DNA of 62,005 nt from assembly GCA_041738985.1 (NCBI GenBank), contig JBGSOR010000201.1, forward strand, positions 1 through 62,005. The letters run 5' to 3'. The position numbers were made by a program, and so were the translations under genes. Below, in pieces: positions 1 to 9,997 of the stretch (its first letter is position 1; every line of letters starts with the position of its first letter). The notes under the pieces were generated by a model. It worked only from the letters and a program-made list of their open reading frames with translations, searched no databases and was not told the DNA's origin. The stretch is from Chromatiaceae bacterium. Lineage in GTDB: Bacteria > Pseudomonadota > Gammaproteobacteria > Chromatiales > Chromatiaceae.

Positions 1-1
1 C

Positions 2-994
2 CGGGAGCAGGGCGCCCTGGAGCTCCGGCAGCTCAAAGCCGATCTCGCAGCCCAGCGGGCGCGCGCCGAGCAGGCACAGGCCGCCGAGCTCACCCTGCGC
101 CAGGAGAAATCCGCTCTGGAAGCGCGCGCCCGCTCCCTCGATCTCGAGGTCGCCCGTAAGCTCGATGCCGCCAGAACCGAGCTGGAGACCGCCATCCGCA
201 AGGCCGCCGCCGACGAGCAGGATCTAAAGCTCAAGGAAAAGGAAAAACAGATCGCCGACCTCCGCTCGGCCCTCGAAGATGCCAAGCGCCGCAGCGAGCT
301 CGGTTCCCAGGAGCTCCAGGGCGAGGTCCTGGAGATCGACATCCAGGCTGCGCTGGAGCGCCGGTTCCCCGCCGACCGGATCGAGCCCGTACTCAAGGGC
401 GCGCGCGGGGCCGACATCCAACAGCGGGTCCGCAACGACCGCCTGGAGGATTGCGGCCTCATCCTCTGGGAGACCAAGAACGCCAAGAACTGGGCCCCTG
501 CGTGGATCGACAAGCTCAAACAGGACCAGCGGGCGGCCGCAGCGATGGCGGCCGTGCTGGTGTCCGTAGCCCTCCCCGAGGGCATCGAGGGCTTTGGCCG
601 CCTTGACGGGATCTGGGTCGCTGACCTCAAGACCTGGCCAGCACTCGCGGTAGCGCTGCGCGAGCAGCTCATCCAAGTCGCCAGTGCCCGCGCGGCCTCG
701 CAGGGCAAGAGCGAGAAGATGGAGCTGCTCTACGAGTACCTTTCCGGCACCGAGTTCCGCCAGCGCGTGGAGGCCATCGTCGAGGCATTCGAGGCCATGC
801 AGACCCAGCTCAACAGGGAGCGTCGCGCCATGGAAAAGCAATGGGCTGAGCGCGAGAAACAGATCCAGCGCGTCATCGGCAGCACCTCCGCCATGTACGG
901 CGCGCTGCAGGGCATCGTCGGCGCCGGACTAGCCCCCATCCCGGCCCTAGAGCTGGACGATTCCAATCTCCTGAAGGACCGTAGCGACGGCTGA
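2..994 (+). CDS. DUF2130 domain-containing coiled-coil protein (5' truncated by window edge)
   Basis: Frame open from base 2 (REQGALELRQLK...) into ORF 545..994; motifs GSQELQGEVLE, KGARGAD, ILWETKNAKNW, WIDKLKQDQR. Confidence 0.85.
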   Translation, partial: REQGALELRQLKADLAAQRARAEQAQAAELTLRQEKSALEARARSLDLEVARKLDAARTELETAIRKAAADEQDLKLKEKEKQIADLRSALEDAKRRSELGSQELQGEVLEIDIQAALERRFPADRIEPVLKGARGADIQQRVRNDRLEDCGLILWETKNAKNWAPAWIDKLKQDQRAAAAMAAVLVSVALPEGIEGFGRLDGIWVADLKTWPALAVALREQLIQVASARAASQGKSEKMELLYEYLSGTEFRQRVEAIVEAFEAMQTQLNRERRAMEKQWAEREKQIQRVIGSTSAMYGALQGIVGAGLAPIPALELDDSNLLKDRSDG

Positions 995-1642
995 CGGTAG
1001 GAGCGCCGCCCCGGCGCGACGGTCCGCGGTCCCTCCTGTCTCTCGGAACCTCGCACCCGCCCGCAGGCTAGTTCCACCACCGCCGACTCGTCGATTGCTG
1101 CGGCGTGCTCGGCCCCAGACGGCAAGCTTGCCGGCTCAGGGATTCAAGGCGCTTTGCGGCATCCTGGCAGCTGCGTCGGTGCTGCCGCTGAGCGGGTCGT
1201 CGCCGAATCGGGAAAGCCTCTGCTTCACTGGCTAGCCTTTCCCAAGGTGCAGCACCCGTATCCTCCCGGTGAGCGGTCCCGGAGCCCTGGAAGCTGCAGC
1301 TCGAACACGACCGCATTTTCAGCTCGTCGAGGCAAGATCATGAGCATCTCACGCAGCATGTTCGTGCGCCCGCGGGGCCGGCCCGAGGTCCGTATGCCTT
1401 GTCGGGACGATGGGCTCGAGCCCGGCCGCTACTGAACCGCCGGACCTGGAGGAAGCTGGGAGCTTCAGAGGCCCGCGGCGACGCGTCGAACCAGATCGTT
1501 TACACTGCCGTTGGCCGCTTCGGCTGGGGCGACGGCGATTTCGTTGGCAGTCGATATTTGAAGCCAGCCAGTTACGCTTTTTTATTGATGTCGTTTCTCA
1601 TATGGGGAGGCCAGGGGTGACTCATCGAAAGGAAAACGTTTT

Positions 1643-1677
1643 TTTTCCACAATATCTGTGGATAACTCTGTGAATAG
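1643..1677. promoter_or_regulatory. Three clustered DnaA boxes with DARS-like geometry
   Basis: TTTTCCACA (1643-1651), 5 bp, TGTGGATAA (1657-1665), 3 bp, TGTGAATAG (1669-1677); further box TGTGGAAAA at 1846-1854; AT-rich intergenic setting. Confidence 0.7.
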
Positions 1678-2071
1678 GGTTCTCAGAGACCATCCTCGCC
1701 CCAGGAAACGTTAGGAAATCTTTAGATTGGTCACATTTTTGCCAGTGCGATTTCGGCCTTGAATTCAGAAACATACCAAATGCACCGGAACATCTGCGCG
1801 CGTTGCGCGGGTAACCATCACCAATGTCAGTGTCAACCCGCCCTATGTGGAAAACGTCACACTTTTGGCGTCGTGATCGGCCTCCGACAACACCGGATTG
1901 TGGCCCGCTGAGCTCGCCGCGGGGCGCGCCCTGGCGGGAGCGTCCCGCCCCGCCGGGAGATGGGCGCCAGGCGGTCCCCGATCGCGAGGGGCTCGATGCT
2001 GGTGAATCGGAGCTTCGACGAACGGACCGCCGCTGGCGAGTTCGGTTCGCGTGTTGACTCAATGCCGACTG

Positions 2072-2109
2072 AAAAGAAAACGGCCTAGACCCGACGAGTC
2101 TAAGCCGTT
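2072..2109 (-). terminator. Rho-independent terminator of the tRNA gene
   Basis: Minus strand AACGGCTTAGAC-TCGTCGG-GTCTAGGCCGTT followed by TTCTTTT, directly after the tRNA CCA end. Confidence 0.8.
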
Positions 2110-2116
2110 GTTTTAT

Positions 2117-2193
2117 TGGCGCGCCCGGAGAGATTCGAACTCCCGACCACCTGGTTCGTAGCCAGGTACTCTATCCAGCTGAGCTACGGGCGC
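2117..2193 (-). tRNA. tRNA-Arg (anticodon ACG)
   Basis: Reverse complement GCGCCCGTAGCTCAGCTGGATAGAGTACCTGGCTACGAACCAGGTGGTCGGGAGTTCGAATCTCTCCGGGCGCGCCA; 77 nt cloverleaf with encoded CCA. Confidence 0.97.
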
Positions 2194-2325
2194 CGATTCG
2201 GTGGCGCTCCATCCCTGGAGGCTCTGTCCAGCCGAGCATGCCTGCTGGCTGATTGACCGTTGCAGCGGCAGGCGTGGCCTGCCGCTTAATCGAGCGGCGG
2301 ATTATCCGGACGGGGGATCGATATG

Positions 2326-3057
2326 TCAATCCGTTCCAAGGTCGGCCCCGGGGCGGTCGCCCGGCAGGAGCGCGGTCAGAGGCTCGATCAAGCCGGGGTC
2401 GTCCTGGCGAGAGTCGTTGACCCGGCGGCTCACGGGCTCCAGGATCCAGGCGTCGGGCGGGGCGGGCCTGAGCAGGGGGAGCAGGGCAGCGGTGTCCCGA
2501 TTGGCAGGGTCCAGCCATTGGTTGAAACTCTGCGGGTCCGGGACGACGGGCATCCGATCGTGGATCGGCGCAAGGACTGAATTGGCGTCGGTGACGAGGA
2601 TGGTGAAGGAGGCGATGACGGCACCGGTCTCCGGCTCCTTCCAGGTCTCCCAGAGCCCGGCCATGGCGAAGGGCATCCGGTCGTAACGACGGATCATGTA
2701 AGGCTGCTTGCCTCCGGCTAGGGTCTTCCATTCGTAGAACCCTTCGGTCGGGATTAGGCATCGCCGCTCGCGGAAAGCGGCTCGATAGGCAGGTCTGGAG
2801 TCGACCGTCTCGGCTCGGGCGTTGATCATCGAGTATCGGTTGTCGGGTCCCTTCGACCAAAAGGGGATGAGCCCCCAACGCAGCTGCGTCAGGGATCGGC
2901 GACCGTCCGCTCCGGCGCGGATGGCAAGCACGGGTTGGGTGGGGGCCAGGTTGTAGCGCGGACGGGTCTGACTCGCAGTCAGCCCGGGCTCCAGCTCCAG
3001 GTCGAACCGCTCGGCATAGACCTCCGGGTCAGAATGCTGAATGAAACGTCCGCACAT
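2326..3057 (-). CDS. SOS response-associated peptidase (SRAP/YedK, abasic-site crosslinking protein)
   Basis: N-terminal MCGRF, RYNLAPTQ, WGLIPFW, INARAET, RCLIP.EGFYEW, IHDRMP. Confidence 0.93.
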   Translation of the reverse strand: MCGRFIQHSDPEVYAERFDLELEPGLTASQTRPRYNLAPTQPVLAIRAGADGRRSLTQLRWGLIPFWSKGPDNRYSMINARAETVDSRPAYRAAFRERRCLIPTEGFYEWKTLAGGKQPYMIRRYDRMPFAMAGLWETWKEPETGAVIASFTILVTDANSVLAPIHDRMPVVPDPQSFNQWLDPANRDTAALLPLLRPAPPDAWILEPVSRRVNDSRQDDPGLIEPLTALLPGDRPGADLGTD

Positions 3058-3164
3058 GGCTCGGGGCTCCGCTTCGGGATTCGGACTACTGCGCGCCCTG
3101 GTCGTGGACCTTGGCTTGGGCCATCCGCTACCATGCGGCTCTTTACGTCGAGGGAGTCGGGGCA

Positions 3165-3551
3165 GTGCACGGGTTACGCAAGCCAGCGGATCGGACGGTG
3201 GTAGTGCTTGGGGCCAGCCCGAAGCCAGTACGGTACTCGTATCAAGCGCTTAAGCTCCTTAACGACAAGGGCTACCGCGTGATTCCGGTGCACCCCAAAG
3301 CGGAACGGATCGACCATCTGCCGGTGCTGAGGGACTTGGCGGCGGTTCGGGAGCCGGTCGACACCTTGACCCTCTACATGGGCCCGGAGCGGGTGCAGGG
3401 TCTGATCGACTCTATCGTCCAGCTGAGGCCGGGCCGGGTGATCCTTAACCCGGGCGCCGAGTCCCGGGAGTTGGAGCGGGCCCTGCATCTTGCGCGTATC
3501 CCTTACGAACATGCCTGTACCCTGGTGCTTCTGCGCACCGGTCAATTCTAA
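3165..3551 (+). CDS. CoA-binding protein (YccU-like)
   Basis: VVVLGASPKPVRYS, VIPVHP, VDTLTLY, ILNPGAES, ACTLVLL; GTG start chosen after GGAG. Confidence 0.85.
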   Translation: MHGLRKPADRTVVVLGASPKPVRYSYQALKLLNDKGYRVIPVHPKAERIDHLPVLRDLAAVREPVDTLTLYMGPERVQGLIDSIVQLRPGRVILNPGAESRELERALHLARIPYEHACTLVLLRTGQF

Positions 3552-3791
3552 GCCGCGACGCTGCGCTGGCGTGGTCTGCTTGGAACCGTACGACCCAGCG
3601 TTCGGGTCGAGCCCCAGAATCCTCGGGTCGACTCTCCGTTCGCTCTTCATCCCGAGGTTCCTCCATGCCCTGTGGGCGATTAAGTCCTGGCACGAATGGG
3701 TTTCTCCCAAGCCCGCGACGATGGAGTCTGGAACACAAGACGGCCACCAGCCGGCGGCCGAGCCCTGTCTGCAAGCGGCCATGAAGCGGCG

Positions 3792-4631
3792 ATGACCGAC
3801 CTCAAGTCCATCGAGGATCTGCTGGCCATTATGGCGCGGCTGCGCGATCCGGCGCAGGGCTGCCCCTGGGACCTGAAGCAGAATTTCCGAAGCATCTTGC
3901 CCTATACGCTGGAGGAGGCCTACGAGGTCGCCGAGGCAATCGAGCGGGACGATCTCCATGCCCTCTGCGACGAGCTCGGGGACCTGCTGCTCCAAGTGGT
4001 CTTCCATGCGCGCATGGCGGAGGAGCAGGGGTCGTTCGTCTTTTCGGATGTGGTGGCTGCCATCTGCGACAAGATGGTCCGCCGTCACCCGCATGTCTTT
4101 GCAGATATGGATCTGAAGGATGAGCACGCGGTGCGTGCCTACTGGGAGCGTGAGAAAGCGGCCGAGCGCGATCGCAAAGGGGGCGCACCGGAGGCGTTGC
4201 AGGCCGGTGTGCTGGACGGAGTTGCCCAGACTCTGCCGGCCCTGGTCAGGGCGGAAAAGCTCCAGCGGCGTGCGGCCGGAGTGGGCTTCGACTGGGACTC
4301 GGTCGACGGGGTCTTCGATAAGGTGAAAGAGGAGCTTGGCGAGTGTCGGGCGACCTTGGGCGATCATGTGGAGCCCACCGAGCGCGTGCACGAGATCGGC
4401 GATCTGCTCTTCTCCTGCGTTAATCTGGCCCGTCACATGGGGGTAGACGCGGAGCAGGCCTTGCGCGCCGCCAATCGGCGCTTCGAGGACCGCTTCGCGC
4501 AGGTCGAGTCGGGGCTGCGCACCCAGGGACGGACTCCAGGGCCAGGGCTAAGGGATGAAATGGAGCGCCTGTGGGAGCAGGCCAAGCTCGCGGACAGCGT
4601 GTCCCATGAGGAATCGATCGGCGACGCCTGA
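3792..4631 (+). CDS. mazG: Nucleoside triphosphate pyrophosphohydrolase MazG
   Basis: LRDPAQGCPWD, YTLEEAYEV, ELGDLLLQVVFH, RRHPHVF, second domain EIGDLLFS. Confidence 0.95.
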   Translation: MTDLKSIEDLLAIMARLRDPAQGCPWDLKQNFRSILPYTLEEAYEVAEAIERDDLHALCDELGDLLLQVVFHARMAEEQGSFVFSDVVAAICDKMVRRHPHVFADMDLKDEHAVRAYWEREKAAERDRKGGAPEALQAGVLDGVAQTLPALVRAEKLQRRAAGVGFDWDSVDGVFDKVKEELGECRATLGDHVEPTERVHEIGDLLFSCVNLARHMGVDAEQALRAANRRFEDRFAQVESGLRTQGRTPGPGLRDEMERLWEQAKLADSVSHEESIGDA

Positions 4632-4666
4632 CCGATCGATCGCCTGACTTTACCGCCCGGTGGCCC

Positions 4667-5521
4667 ATGAGCTATCTCGACAAGATCCGTGCCTGCAATG
4701 CCTGGGACCCCGACGGCTTCCTCCCCTGGATGCTGGAGGGCGAGCGCCTCGGCTCCCTGCGCCGGGAATGGGCGGCAGAGCTCCGGAGATGGCCCCAGCG
4801 CTTTCGCATCGAGGCCGATCGGGTCGACTGGATCGGGGTACCCGCCGACCTTTCGGGGCGCACCGAATGCCTGGCGGAGGTGGTGGAGACCCTGGTGGGG
4901 GAGGGCGTTGTCGGCTGCCTGCACGGGGAGCTTTACGGGGTTACCCCGGGACCGCGCGATCAGGCGCGCTGCCTGATCGACCGTGCCGCGGTGCCCTGGT
5001 TCGGGGTACGCGCCTTCGGTCAGCACTTGAACGGCTTTGTGAAGACGGCAACGGGTGTGGAGCTCTGGATCGGTCGCCGGGCGGCGGACCGCCGGGTCTA
5101 CCCCCTCCACCTGGATAACTTGGTGGCGGGCGGGCTGCCCCACGGCGTGCCCCTCGCAGACAACCTGCGTAAGGAGTGTCGGGAAGAGGCGGACATCCCT
5201 CCCGACCTGGCCGACCGGGCAGTGGCGGTGGGTGCGGTGACCAATTGCCGCGACTCGAGCCTCGGTCTTAAGCCGGATGTCATGTACTGCTACGACCTGG
5301 AGCTGCCGGAGGCCTTCGAGCCGCGCTGCACGGACGGGGAGGTGGAGGCGTTCTATCGGCTGCCGGTTGCAGAGGTGGCGCGGCTGGTACGCGAGACGGG
5401 CGATTTCAAGCTCAACTGCAACCTGGCGATCATCGATTTCCTCGTCCGCCACGGGCTCCTTTCCCAGGACGACCCGGACTATGTGACCATCGTCCAGGGT
5501 CTGCGCGCTCCCTTGCCTTAG
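4667..5521 (+). CDS. DUF4743-domain NUDIX hydrolase
   Basis: HLNGFV, LWIGRRA, LDNLVAGG, KECREEADIP Nudix box, YDLELP, DGEVEAF, FKLNC. Confidence 0.85.
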   Translation: MSYLDKIRACNAWDPDGFLPWMLEGERLGSLRREWAAELRRWPQRFRIEADRVDWIGVPADLSGRTECLAEVVETLVGEGVVGCLHGELYGVTPGPRDQARCLIDRAAVPWFGVRAFGQHLNGFVKTATGVELWIGRRAADRRVYPLHLDNLVAGGLPHGVPLADNLRKECREEADIPPDLADRAVAVGAVTNCRDSSLGLKPDVMYCYDLELPEAFEPRCTDGEVEAFYRLPVAEVARLVRETGDFKLNCNLAIIDFLVRHGLLSQDDPDYVTIVQGLRAPLP

Positions 5522-5626
5522 AGCCGCAGCCCCAGTGTTGCGCCAAGTCCTTGCCCTGGGCCGGCGCCCGGGCCATCCTTTCGACCAGTTCCGAATCCGC
5601 AGGGCCGCAACCGCGGCGAGGTCAGC

Positions 5627-6910
5627 ATGAATCCCTCCCAGTCTTCCGTCCCGTTCTTGTCCCAGGCGACGTCTCAGCCCGTTTCCGAGGCTCCCGGCGG
5701 ATCTCCGATCCGCCGCCCGACCGTCGCGGTGCGCATTGGGGCAGTGACGGTCGGCGGCGGCGCCCCGGTGGTCATCCAATCCATGACCAACACGGATACC
5801 GCGGACGTGGAGTCCACCGCCCGCCAGGTCGCTGCCCTGGCGGCAGCGGGCTCGGAGCTGGTGCGGATCACCGTCAACACGGAGTCCGCCGCCCAGGCGG
5901 TGGCCCCCATCCGCGACCGGCTCCTGGCCCAGGGCTGTACCGTGCCTCTGGTGGGAGACTTCCACTTCAACGGCCATCGGCTCCTGACCGACTACCCGGA
6001 GTGTGCCGAAGCGCTCGCCAAGTACCGGATCAACCCCGGCAACGTGGGTCATGGGGAGAAGCGCGATAGCCAGTTCGCCACCATGATCGACATCGCGTGC
6101 CGTTATGACCGTCCGGTGCGCATCGGGGTCAACTGGGGCAGCCTGGATTCGGAGCTGATCGTGCGCATGATGGACGAGAACGCCCGTTCCGCCGAGCCAA
6201 AGGTCGCCGAGCAGGTGATGCACGAGGCCATGGTGGAATCCGCCATCGCGAGCGCCGCCCGCGCCGTGGAGTTGGGCCTGCCCAAGGACCGCATCGTGCT
6301 GTCCTGCAAGATGAGCGGGGTCCAGGACCTGATTGCGGTCTATCGCAGGCTGGCCAACTGCGGGGACTATGCCCTGCATCTGGGCCTGACCGAGGCGGGC
6401 ATGGGCTCCAAGGGCATCGTCGCCTCGACCGCGGCCCTTGCGGTGCTGCTCCAGGAGGGCATCGGGGACACGATCCGCATCTCGCTGACCCCCGCTCCCG
6501 GGGAAGCCAGAACCCAGGAGGTCCAGGTGGCCCAGGAGATCCTCCAGACCATGGGTCTGCGCTCGTTCGCCCCCATGGTAACCGCCTGCCCCGGCTGCGG
6601 GCGCACGACCAGCGATACCTTCCAGCACCTCGCCCAGGACATCCAGGCCTATCTGCGCGCCCAGATGCCCGAGTGGCGTACCCGCTATCCGGGGGTGGAG
6701 ACCATGCAGGTGGCAGTCATGGGTTGCGTGGTGAACGGTCCCGGGGAGAGCAAGCATGCCAATATCGGTATCAGCCTGCCCGGCAGCGGGGAGCGCCCGG
6801 CGGCCCCGGTCTTTGTGGACGGGGAGAAGGTCGCTACGCTCAAGGGGGAGGGGATCGTCGACCAGTTCAAGCGGATGGTGGACGAGTACGTGGCGCGGCG
6901 GTACGGTTGA
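5627..6910 (+). CDS. ispG: (E)-4-hydroxy-3-methylbut-2-enyl-diphosphate synthase
   Basis: [58 protein letters not shown]. Confidence 0.97.
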   Translation: MNPSQSSVPFLSQATSQPVSEAPGGSPIRRPTVAVRIGAVTVGGGAPVVIQSMTNTDTADVESTARQVAALAAAGSELVRITVNTESAAQAVAPIRDRLLAQGCTVPLVGDFHFNGHRLLTDYPECAEALAKYRINPGNVGHGEKRDSQFATMIDIACRYDRPVRIGVNWGSLDSELIVRMMDENARSAEPKVAEQVMHEAMVESAIASAARAVELGLPKDRIVLSCKMSGVQDLIAVYRRLANCGDYALHLGLTEAGMGSKGIVASTAALAVLLQEGIGDTIRISLTPAPGEARTQEVQVAQEILQTMGLRSFAPMVTACPGCGRTTSDTFQHLAQDIQAYLRAQMPEWRTRYPGVETMQVAVMGCVVNGPGESKHANIGISLPGSGERPAAPVFVDGEKVATLKGEGIVDQFKRMVDEYVARRYG

Positions 6911-7010
6911 ACGGCCGCGGATCCTGGGATTGCCCGGAGACCGCGTGGACCAGTCCCGGAGGCGACCAGCTTAAGTGCATGCGAATCGAATCGAAGACGA
7001 GGAAACCCAG

Positions 7011-7499
7011 ATGCGTAGATTCCCGCTCCTGTTAGCCCTAGCTGTCATATCCACGTCGCTGCTTGCGGACGATCCCCTGGTGGTTCCGGTCAAGCGACTG
7101 TCTCTGGACACCGCCGTGAAGATTGCCCAGGGCGCGGTCGCGGCCTGCCGGGAGAAGGGCATCCAGATCGGTGTCACTGTGGTGGATCGGGACGGCACGG
7201 TGCAAGTCACGCTACGGGACACCATTGCTGCCCCAATCACCGCCGAGATCAGCATCATGAAAGCTCGTACTGCCGTCAATTTCAACGCCGCGACCTCGAC
7301 CATGAAGGCCCGCGCAGACTCGCCCATCGGACGAATCGACGGGCTTGTAATGTCTGCCGGCGGGGTGCCTGTGCTGGTGGGCGGCTCCGCCCTGGTGGCG
7401 GGGGTGGGCGTGAGCGGTGCACCTGCTGGGGAGACCGACGAAGAGTGCGCCCTGGCCGGTGTCGCCAAGGTCCAGGAGGACCTGGATATGGCGATGTAA
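7011..7499 (+). CDS. Secreted heme-binding protein, GlcG/HbpS family
   Basis: Signal peptide MRRFPLLLALAVISTSLLA; VTVVDRDG, KARTA, AGGVPV, GVGVSGA, DEECALAG. Confidence 0.85.
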   Translation: MRRFPLLLALAVISTSLLADDPLVVPVKRLSLDTAVKIAQGAVAACREKGIQIGVTVVDRDGTVQVTLRDTIAAPITAEISIMKARTAVNFNAATSTMKARADSPIGRIDGLVMSAGGVPVLVGGSALVAGVGVSGAPAGETDEECALAGVAKVQEDLDMAM

Positions 7500-7580
7500 T
7501 CGAGGCGCAGCTAAGCGCCATAGACCCGCAGCGAATGGCGGGCACCCGTTGCGACCCCACCCAATCCGGGAGGACTGACC

Positions 7581-7760
7581 ATGCGCATTTTCGACGCCGA
7601 TCCGCCGATCGTGGCTGACCTAAAAGACGAGAGCGAAATCCTGGGGCAGAAAGAGGTCCCGACCTTCACGGTTGTCACCGCCCGACATCCCACCTTGGGA
7701 AAGCTTGTGATCGTCGCCGCTCGGGACGGCTCCGGGGTGGTGGTTGCGACCGACGAGTAG
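7581..7760 (+). CDS. Small hypothetical protein (59 aa), below ORF-track cutoff
   Basis: GGGAGG RBS then ATG; MRIFDADPPIVADLKDESEILGQKEVPTFTVVTARHPTLGKLVIVAARDGSGVVVATDE. Confidence 0.7.
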   Translation: MRIFDADPPIVADLKDESEILGQKEVPTFTVVTARHPTLGKLVIVAARDGSGVVVATDE

Positions 7761-7823
7761 CCATTGCAGCTAGGGGCTCGGTTTGTCCCGCCGGGCTGGT
7801 CGCGCCCGGCGGGCGATCTCCCA

Positions 7824-8897
7824 TCAGCCCTTCTGCAGAAGGCTTCGCAGGTCGCCGATGGCCGCGTTGACTTGGGAGATATAGGAGGCCATCACCAATG
7901 AATGATTGCCCATGGGTCCGAACCCCGTTCCGTTCAGGATCATGGGGCTCCAGATGGTGTTCTGGGTGTTCTTGAGCTCCCGATTGATCTGTTGCAGAGA
8001 TACGAGCGCGTTCTTGTCCTTGAGGACCGCCTCGAAGTCGGTCTCTATTGCCTGCAAGGTATGCAGCAGCGCCCAGGTATAGCCGCGGGCCTCGAAGAAT
8101 ACGTCGTCGATCTTCATCCAAGGGGTCTTGGTCTGGGACTGCTCGGGAGCGGGCTTGGACTGGCGGGCGCTCGGTTCCCCGGCCAGCTCCGTATGGAGAT
8201 GGGTCTGGCCGACCGCATAAGAGAGACGCTGAGCCAGGCTACCCAGCCGCTTTTCGACGACCTCCAGGTAGCTGCTCAGATTGTCCGCCCGCGCGAAGAA
8301 CTGACCGTCCATTGCCCTTTCGTCGGTCAGACGCCTGAAATAGCGATTCAGGGCCGCGATTCCTTGCCGGTATTCCGACTCGGTGGATGGCAGCATCCAG
8401 GAGTCCGAGTTGTAGTTGAATTGAGGCTGGGCGATCTCGAGGTCTTTGTCCTCGACGGATTGGGACTGGGAGCGGCTGAAGTCGTTACGCAGTGAATTCG
8501 CGAGGTCCCGCAGCTCCGTCAAGGCCCCGAACTCCCAGTTTGGGATATTGTCGAGATAGATCCCGGGCGGGGTGAGGTCGTTGGTCAGATAGCCGCCGGG
8601 TTTATCGAGCAAAGTCTCGCCAATGCGGATCGCGGAGGCGGTGGTGGCGGTCCCTGGAACCAGCTTGGCTTGGTCGTTATCGAGGAGCGAAAGGGTCTGC
8701 TCGCGGACGTCGAACGTGGCGGGGCTGCGGGACCAAACAATGCCGAGTATGACGACGACCACCAGATAGGTTATCAGGAAGAGTCCGGCGGTCCACCACA
8801 TCCCCTTCTCTTTCCAGACTCGGGGGTTGTATAGGGTCATCAGATGTTTGACCTGTTGGGTCAAGGCCGCCGTTTTCCGGGAAACGAGGTCTCTCAT
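7824..8897 (-). CDS. DUF2333 family membrane-anchored protein
   Basis: N-terminal TM helix; LLDKPGGYLTND, DNIPNWEFG, FSRSQSQS, FFARADNL, IDDVFFEARG, NHSLVMASYIS. Confidence 0.88.
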   Translation of the reverse strand: MRDLVSRKTAALTQQVKHLMTLYNPRVWKEKGMWWTAGLFLITYLVVVVILGIVWSRSPATFDVREQTLSLLDNDQAKLVPGTATTASAIRIGETLLDKPGGYLTNDLTPPGIYLDNIPNWEFGALTELRDLANSLRNDFSRSQSQSVEDKDLEIAQPQFNYNSDSWMLPSTESEYRQGIAALNRYFRRLTDERAMDGQFFARADNLSSYLEVVEKRLGSLAQRLSYAVGQTHLHTELAGEPSARQSKPAPEQSQTKTPWMKIDDVFFEARGYTWALLHTLQAIETDFEAVLKDKNALVSLQQINRELKNTQNTIWSPMILNGTGFGPMGNHSLVMASYISQVNAAIGDLRSLLQKG

Positions 8898-9091
8898 TAA
8901 GCTCTCCTGTGGCTCTAGTGAATGCTTGGACAGGACACGCTCTGCTCGGGCGCTTGGGCCTGGCGGCCAGGGCTGACACATGGCTAGCGTCAGTTTCTAG
9001 GGGTTAGGCAATTATCCCTATTCGGGGCGGGCAAATCCATGCCGCTCGCGTGCGTCGCGGTCCATGAAAACGGAAGACGGTCCTGAAGGCG

Positions 9092-9877
9092 CTAGCCCAG
9101 TAGATCGGCAAGCTGCCGCGGAGCCTCGAGAAGTACGTTGTGGCCGACCCCGTCCAGGAGATGCAAGGCCGTGTGGGGCCTCAGATCTGCGACCTGCCGG
9201 GCCAGGTTGAGGAACTTGGGGTCCTGCGCCCCCACGATCCAATGGATGTCGCCCGCGAACTGCCGCAGATCGTCCCGGGTATCGGGCATTTCCGCCAGCC
9301 CGAGGACTGCCAGGGTGGCCATCAGCCCCTCTGCCCGGTGACTCAGGCGCCTTGCCCGCTGACCGGCCAAGGTCTCCGCTGGCAGTTTGACCTGGCACGC
9401 GAACAGGGGCAGTGACTCCCAGGTGCGGACGAAGCCCGGGACGCCGTCGCGGCGCAGGAGCTCGATCCAGCAGCGATCCGCGGCACGCCGCACCGCACGC
9501 TCGGCCGGGCTCGATAGGCCCGGATTGGTGGAAACGAGGGCGATGGCTTCGAATCGCTTGGGCGCCGCTCGCAGCAGTCCGAGCGCGATGCGTCCGCCCA
9601 GGGAGTAGCCAACCAGCCGGTCTACGGTCGGGGGCAGGGCGTCGAGCAAGCGCCCGATCGCGGCGTCCCAGTTGCCCCAGGGATCCGCGCTGGCCCCGTG
9701 CCCCGGTAGATCGAGCGCCAATGCGGGCTCGCGACCTTCCCAGCAGACCGACCAGTCGGCGGCGCCCCCGGTGAATCCGTGAAGCAGCAGGGTCCGGGGC
9801 GGATCGGTCCGGTTGTTCCCCAGACGCAATCCGAATAGACCGGTCTGCGATACCCAGCAATTCTCTCCAGGCGACAC
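9092..9877 (-). CDS. Alpha/beta hydrolase, MenH (SHCHC synthase)-like
   Basis: LHGFTG oxyanion motif, DLPGHG, GYSLGGR nucleophile elbow, DPKF, GHNV. Confidence 0.75.
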   Translation of the reverse strand: MSPGENCWVSQTGLFGLRLGNNRTDPPRTLLLHGFTGGAADWSVCWEGREPALALDLPGHGASADPWGNWDAAIGRLLDALPPTVDRLVGYSLGGRIALGLLRAAPKRFEAIALVSTNPGLSSPAERAVRRAADRCWIELLRRDGVPGFVRTWESLPLFACQVKLPAETLAGQRARRLSHRAEGLMATLAVLGLAEMPDTRDDLRQFAGDIHWIVGAQDPKFLNLARQVADLRPHTALHLLDGVGHNVLLEAPRQLADLLG

Positions 9878-9997
9878 GTTACCACCTCGATAAGCTCAAG
9901 TACCTGGATTGACGAGGGAGTCTCCAGACCCCTCTGTCATCCCGAGCCCTCGTCCGGCGCGATCGCTCGGACGACGCTGCACGATTGCGAGTCTTGC

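Noticed and set aside
995-1640. Short ORFs after DUF2130
   Set aside because: No recognisable motifs or RBS; Arg/Pro-rich chance ORFs
1540-1860. oriC
   Set aside because: Only four DnaA boxes, no dnaA/gidA neighbours and no evident 13-mer repeats; the geometry fits DARS better
2117-2193. tRNA as integration site of an island
   Set aside because: No integrase and no duplicated tRNA 3' end noticed in the window
4433-6757. 774-aa minus-strand ORF (likewise 13445..15034, 35734..37185, 37420..39336)
   Set aside because: Antisense shadows of real genes in high-GC DNA
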